This document shows, in pieces, positions 59,234 to 64,000 of a stretch of 64,000 bases of DNA. The notes beneath the pieces are model-generated. The model worked only from the letters and a program-made list of their open reading frames with translations, ran no database searches and was not told the DNA's origin. Every line of letters begins with the position of its first letter. The first letter of the stretch is position 1. The DNA is from a bacterium (GTDB taxonomy: Bacteria; Fidelibacterota; Fidelibacteria; Fidelibacterales; Fidelibacteraceae). The position numbers and the translations under genes are program-made. The stretch covers positions 1,120,001 to 1,184,000 of the forward strand of contig OY781066.1 in NCBI GenBank assembly GCA_963676395.1, given 5' to 3'.

Positions 59234-59890
59234 CTATTTTGTGTTCAGCTTGAATGTGACGGGAATCGAAATCCACACGCCAACATTTCTATCACGCTGT
59301 TTTGCCGGTTTGAACTTGGTCTTTTTAATCGCAGAGATCGCGGCTTCGTCCAATCCGGTACCGGGCATACCTTTCAAAACAACACAGTGTTCTACAATTC
59401 CTTTATCATTGATAAATGATTGAATATTCACTGTACCCTCAATACCGGCTTCTTTAGCAATTTCGGGATAAACCACATTGCGTGAGATAGCGGCCTGACC
59501 ACCGATAGGTGTAGGAGGTTCATCATATGCAATAAACTCAACCACAATACCACCATCACCTTCACTGGGAGGGGGAGGAGGAGCATCAATAGCTTCGTAA
59601 TCATCAAAATCCATATCATCAATAGTGAAGTCTTCAGAAATCTCTTCATCTTCACTAATAACAGGGATAGATGGACGTTGTTGAGGTGCTTGCATTTGTT
59701 GCAAGTCAACCTGAGGTATTTCCTCTGATTGAATAAACTCAATGACTGTTTCTTTTTGTATTTCTACTTCGCGTTCAAACTTTGGAAATAGATAGACCAC
59801 TAAAACAGCAATAGCTAACACAGCAACGATCGCGATTTCCGTCATGAAACCGGAACGAGCTTTAAAGCGTTCAAATTGTTTTGCTGGCAT
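59234..59890 (-). CDS. tonB: Energy transducer TonB
   Basis: N-terminal TM, Pro-rich linker, YPEIAKEAGIEG, FKPAKQR...V.ISIPVTF. Confidence 0.9.
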   Translation of the reverse strand: MPAKQFERFKARSGFMTEIAIVAVLAIAVLVVYLFPKFEREVEIQKETVIEFIQSEEIPQVDLQQMQAPQQRPSIPVISEDEEISEDFTIDDMDFDDYEAIDAPPPPPSEGDGGIVVEFIAYDEPPTPIGGQAAISRNVVYPEIAKEAGIEGTVNIQSFINDKGIVEHCVVLKGMPGTGLDEAAISAIKKTKFKPAKQRDRNVGVWISIPVTFKLNTK

Positions 59891-59909
59891 TTAATTACTC
59901 CTGTTCTAT

Positions 59910-60317
59910 CTACTTAGGTTTCGCTGAATAATTTACTTTCAACGCCGAAGCATCCCTTAGTTCATTCTGTACATCTGAAACCACACCCATCTGAGTCTCT
60001 TGGTCGGAACGCATAGAGATCGTCAGCATATTATCATTTCTTCGCAAAGGATAAATCACCTCAGATACATCTTCAACATTTAGAAGCTTATCTTGAATAC
60101 TAATACGACCCGTACGATCAATAAAGACATAAAGTACAGATTGCTTAGGTGTATCAAGCTTTGCAATAGAACGAGCACGAGGAAGTTTGACTTTCAAACC
60201 CTCGACGGTCTTCAATGATGTTGCCGCCATAAAAAAGATCAGCAACATAAAGATAATATCAGACATAGAGGAAGTGGGAATTCCCGCTTTGGGCTTTTTA
60301 TTTTTTTTAATCGCCAT
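59910..60317 (-). CDS. exbD: Biopolymer transporter ExbD
   Basis: SSMSDIIFMLLIFFM. Confidence 0.9.
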   Translation of the reverse strand: MAIKKNKKPKAGIPTSSMSDIIFMLLIFFMAATSLKTVEGLKVKLPRARSIAKLDTPKQSVLYVFIDRTGRISIQDKLLNVEDVSEVIYPLRRNDNMLTISMRSDQETQMGVVSDVQNELRDASALKVNYSAKPK

Positions 60318-60325
60318 AATTCCTC

Positions 60326-60724
60326 CTACTCAGTACCGATAAGTGCTAGTTTCTTGACTTTTGCTTTGGTCAATTCATCAACCACATCGATATAATCCTG
60401 ATATTTCGTTTTTCTGTCTGTTTGAACAGAAAATACCATATTGGGATTACCCGCTTCCAACTGGCGTGCTCGAACTGAGATCTCGTCAACCGGGATCACA
60501 TCCTCATTAAACAAAACATCACCATTGGCATTAACCAATACCATCGTAATATTCTTTGGATTCAATTTAATTTCAGCATCACCTGGTGGTGGCAGAACAA
60601 CACCAAGGCCTTTATCAGTATCAACATTTGATACCAATAAGAAAAATATCAGTAACAGAAACGCAATGTCAGACATTGACGAAGATGGGATCTCCGGAGG
60701 TGTTCTTTTTTTCTTAACTAACAT
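60326..60724 (-). CDS. exbD: Biopolymer transporter ExbD
   Basis: SSMSDIAFLLLIFFL; TKYQDYIDVVDEL. Confidence 0.9.
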   Translation of the reverse strand: MLVKKKRTPPEIPSSSMSDIAFLLLIFFLLVSNVDTDKGLGVVLPPPGDAEIKLNPKNITMVLVNANGDVLFNEDVIPVDEISVRARQLEAGNPNMVFSVQTDRKTKYQDYIDVVDELTKAKVKKLALIGTE

Positions 60725-60754
60725 ATGAACATCCTGTCATTACTGTTATGGTTA

Positions 60755-61366
60755 TTATTTGACCTTTTTGTTTTCAAGGGTATCAAGTAGATCCAATGAA
60801 GCTCTTTCCATATCAATGACAAGATTGTCAATCTGAAATAGGAAAAAGTTCTGGAAAACCTGAATGATCATCGCAACAACAAGACCGAATAGAGTTGTTA
60901 AAAGAGCCTGTGAAATACCAACCGCAACAACTGCAGGTGACATATCATTGGCAGCAGCAATATCCTGGAATGCTGTAACCATACCGGCAACTGTTCCGGT
61001 AAAACCAAGCATAGGTGCAATAACGATAACTGTTGATAACCAAATCTGATTCTTTTCGAGGAAAGTCATTTCCAATGAACCAATGGTATCCAAAGTTTTT
61101 TCAACTCTGGCCAATCCTTTATCGGCATGACGAAGAGCTTCAGCATACATAACGGCAATAGGACTTGTTGAATTTTCACATTCTTCCATTGCGGCTTTAA
61201 TGCCTTGTTCTTCTAAAGTTACTTTAACGGTTTTGGTGAAAGCTTTTGTTTTTGTCGTAATTGTAATAAGAGCGTAAAGACGTTCAAATACAATGACAAG
61301 ACCAACAATAAAAACACCCAGAATGGGCCACATAAAGGGACCACCATCTAAAAAGAGCTTTACCAT
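60755..61366 (-). CDS. exbB: MotA/TolQ/ExbB proton channel
   Basis: GGPFMWPI, APMLGFTGTVAGM, GISQALLTTLFGL. Start at ATG 61366 behind GGAGG. Confidence 0.92.
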   Translation of the reverse strand: MVKLFLDGGPFMWPILGVFIVGLVIVFERLYALITITTKTKAFTKTVKVTLEEQGIKAAMEECENSTSPIAVMYAEALRHADKGLARVEKTLDTIGSLEMTFLEKNQIWLSTVIVIAPMLGFTGTVAGMVTAFQDIAAANDMSPAVVAVGISQALLTTLFGLVVAMIIQVFQNFFLFQIDNLVIDMERASLDLLDTLENKKVK

Positions 61367-61523
61367 AAATTTAACCTCCAAATTAGCGTTTTAATTTACG
61401 TATACAACATATCATATTAAACAAATACGATTCTAAAGTCAATATATTATTATTCACAGTACCAATAATAACAGCTTGTAAATATAAGGTCAAAAGCTAT
61501 CTTTTCCCTAATATTTTCTATTG

Positions 61524-63143
61524 TCATTCAAGAAACTTCTTTGCCTCAGGAATTGACTCAAATGCTCTCTGAAATTGATTGTCATTTAACAACCGGGCTT
61601 CATAAAACGCATTATTATCCCACCAAATCTTAGTCATTTCAGACTTAATTTGCATTTCAATATAATCTTTATCTTTTTTCAGTTCTTCGAGCTTCAATTT
61701 ATCCACTTCTTTTGAAGCAAACTCATAAAATTCCAAAATAAAGTTCTCATCAAAATGAATGTCATAAATAAAAGTATCTGCATTGGTATTATATTCTTCA
61801 TGTTGGCGTGCATATTTTTGTGCAAACTTGAAAAATGTACGTGACGTCTCATTAAAAATTCGCATAGTGCTTTTACTTAAATCAAAATTTCGTTTAATGA
61901 TAATGTCAGGGGTAATGCCACCGCCACCATACACGGTACGTCCGCTTTTCGTGTCAAATTTAGGTCTGCTGTTCAAATGTTTATCTAAAGAATCACTAAA
62001 TACCGAATCGGGTAAAATATAGAGGTCTTCATAATATTGAGCAACACCATCTTCGTATGAACGCTGGATCAATCTTCCCGAAGGAGTAAAATATCTTGCT
62101 ATTGTAACACGAACCGCCGAACCATCTCGCATGTTCCATTGTCTTTGAACCAAGCCCTTGCCAAAAGATGTTTCCCCTACGATCAATCCACGATCAAGAT
62201 CTTGCAGTGCGCCCGATACAATTTCGGAAGCAGATGCTGAGCCGCGATTGATCAAAACACAAACAGCAATATCTTCGTATTTACCTTTTTTAGTGGCAAT
62301 GTGGTATCTGTTTGCTGAACGAATACGACCTTTAGTGTATACCAAAGTATCTCCGGCGGAAACAAATTCATCAAGAATATTCACAGCTTGATTCATGTAA
62401 CCACCGCTGTTATAGCGAAGATCAAGAATTAGGTTTTTCATACCCTTTGCCTTAAGATCTTCCATGGCATCATTGAATTCTTTAAACGTCTTTTCAGCAA
62501 AACGATTTAATAGAATATAACCGATTTCATCATCTAGCATAAAATGACCATATACCGAATATAAAGGGATGTCATCGCGAATGATCGTAACGTCAAAAGG
62601 TTTTTCTTCACCCTGACGCAAAACATTAACGACCACCTTTGTTCCCTTTTTACCACGAAGTCGTTTTTTTGTTTGTGATCGAGTGATTTTGTATGCCGAT
62701 TCATTATCAATCTTTAAAAACTTATCCCCCGATTGCAAACCTACTCGCTCTGCCGGTGTCCCCATAATGGGTGAAATAACGGTAATATATCCGTCAATAA
62801 TATCATACTCTATACCTATACCCTGAAATTCACCTTCAAAAGATTCCTGGACAGATTTAAATTTCTTGGCAGGAATATAAGTGGAATGCGGGTCCAGTTC
62901 CTCAAGTAAACCGCGGTAAGCACCTTCCATGGTTTTATCCCATTCAACATCTTCTACATAGTTTTCGTTAACAATTCCAATGATATCTGTAAGAACTTGA
63001 AGCTTTTCATAGATGTCTTTTGCACTCGCACGAAGTTTATTAACATGCACAATACTAAAAAGTAAAACCAACGCAACCAGCGAAAGTATAAGGGTCTTCT
63101 TATTTCGTTTAAAAAATGCCATGATCTTTTCTTTCTCCATCAA
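61524..63143 (-). CDS. S41 family carboxyl-terminal processing protease
   Basis: LDPHSTY, GIGI PDZ, ILDLRYNSGG, SASASEIVSGALQD, SFGKGLVQ, ARYFTPSGR. Confidence 0.94.
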   Translation of the reverse strand: MMEKEKIMAFFKRNKKTLILSLVALVLLFSIVHVNKLRASAKDIYEKLQVLTDIIGIVNENYVEDVEWDKTMEGAYRGLLEELDPHSTYIPAKKFKSVQESFEGEFQGIGIEYDIIDGYITVISPIMGTPAERVGLQSGDKFLKIDNESAYKITRSQTKKRLRGKKGTKVVVNVLRQGEEKPFDVTIIRDDIPLYSVYGHFMLDDEIGYILLNRFAEKTFKEFNDAMEDLKAKGMKNLILDLRYNSGGYMNQAVNILDEFVSAGDTLVYTKGRIRSANRYHIATKKGKYEDIAVCVLINRGSASASEIVSGALQDLDRGLIVGETSFGKGLVQRQWNMRDGSAVRVTIARYFTPSGRLIQRSYEDGVAQYYEDLYILPDSVFSDSLDKHLNSRPKFDTKSGRTVYGGGGITPDIIIKRNFDLSKSTMRIFNETSRTFFKFAQKYARQHEEYNTNADTFIYDIHFDENFILEFYEFASKEVDKLKLEELKKDKDYIEMQIKSEMTKIWWDNNAFYEARLLNDNQFQRAFESIPEAKKFLE

Positions 63144-63449
63144 AAAATACCAATTTTCAGCAATTATATTAATTTTATAGCGATTGTCCTAAAGAATGTT
63201 TCAATTAATTTCAATAATCAAAAACCAAAGGCTGGATATTATATTGATTATTACATGGTTAATTTTATTTGTCAAAACAAAAATATAATCTGAGTTTCAC
63301 TTGATATTTTTAAATTGAAGTTAATTTATATGCAATGTATCGTAATAGAAAATACCGGGTGATAAAATGATAACTCATCTGATTAATCCGCTATATTGTA
63401 AAACAAGATCAATAAACTACCCTTATTTTTCTTCCGGTTTTTCTAACAC

Positions 63450-63479
63450 AAAAACCCCGTGTCTTTCAACACGGGGTTT
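63450..63479 (-). terminator. Intrinsic terminator
   Basis: AAAAACCCCGTG-TCTTTCAA-CACGGGGTTT downstream of the PPIase gene. Confidence 0.75.
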
Positions 63480-63539
63480 AAATCATTTCTACGTATTACG
63501 CATCACGAGTTAAAACAACTCATGACTCATTTATTACGA

Positions 63540-64000
63540 TTAGAGTGTAAACTTGAATTCGTATTCCGCTACAAGAGAATCTAACACAGGCGGAAAAGCC
63601 GCTTCGCGTTTTTGTTCTTCAAGAGCCACTTTGACTTCTTCGCGTACATCTTCAAGTTTCTTGCCCTCTTTGCGATCCAGGATCTTAATAATATGATATC
63701 CGTAGGGAGTTTCAACAAGATCAGAGATACTGCCGATTGGCAATGTAAAAGAGGCATCTTCAAAAGTTTGAACCATGCGTCCGCGTGGAAAATCTTCATA
63801 AATTCCGCCGTTCTTGTTAGAACCGGGATCTTCTGAATATGTTTCAACGAGCGAAACAAAATCTTCACCGGATTTAGCGCGATCACAAACTTCTTTTGCC
63901 AACGCCTTAATACTGTCTACTTCAGCTTCTTCTTTACCTTGTGTCAAAAATAAAATATGACGCACACTTGCGGTTTCTTGTGAATATGTTTCTTTATTAG
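63540..64000 (-). CDS. Parvulin-type peptidylprolyl isomerase (PrsA/SurA-like); 5' end outside the window
   Basis: The frame stays open to the window edge (NKETYSQETASVRHIL); YSEDPGS..NGG, MVQTFEDASF, VETPYGYHIIK. Confidence 0.9.
   Translation of the reverse strand, partial: NKETYSQETASVRHILFLTQGKEEAEVDSIKALAKEVCDRAKSGEDFVSLVETYSEDPGSNKNGGIYEDFPRGRMVQTFEDASFTLPIGSISDLVETPYGYHIIKILDRKEGKKLEDVREEVKVALEEQKREAAFPPVLDSLVAEYEFKFTL

Overview
A gene-dense bacterial chromosomal segment. The TonB/ExbBD, SurA/PpiD, S41 protease, BatA and ferritin-desulfoferrodoxin-rubrerythrin genes suggest an anaerobic diderm, possibly of the FCB superphylum (inference only). 1-11.3 kb (minus strand) is an anaerobic purine/urate catabolism operon: xanthine-dehydrogenase-family FAD, Fe-S and Mo subunits, an allantoinase-like amidohydrolase, ssnA, ygfK, ygeY and a ygeW-like gene running off the left edge. 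11.9-19.7 kb is a visibly AT-rich island of unrelated genes, all on the plus strand. They are separated by degenerate attC-like palindromes and three copies of one promoter module, and no integrase is present. This cassette-array-like locus is the most unusual structure in the window. The rest is mostly housekeeping: valS-phoH-NifU-dGTPase, hflX, msrBA, glycosyltransferases, speA-speB-deoxyhypusine-synthase-like, two tRNA-Ser genes, rng with a B12 radical SAM gene, argF, glgA and tonB-exbBD. Other notable items are a four-helix-bundle gene bracketed by inverted heptamer arrays, a DDE-less IS1595 transposase derivative, internally deleted pseudogenes, a candidate sRNA, and a tandem-GNAT protein that resembles eukaryotic N-myristoyltransferase along its length. 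All calls come from motif recognition by eye; no searches were run.
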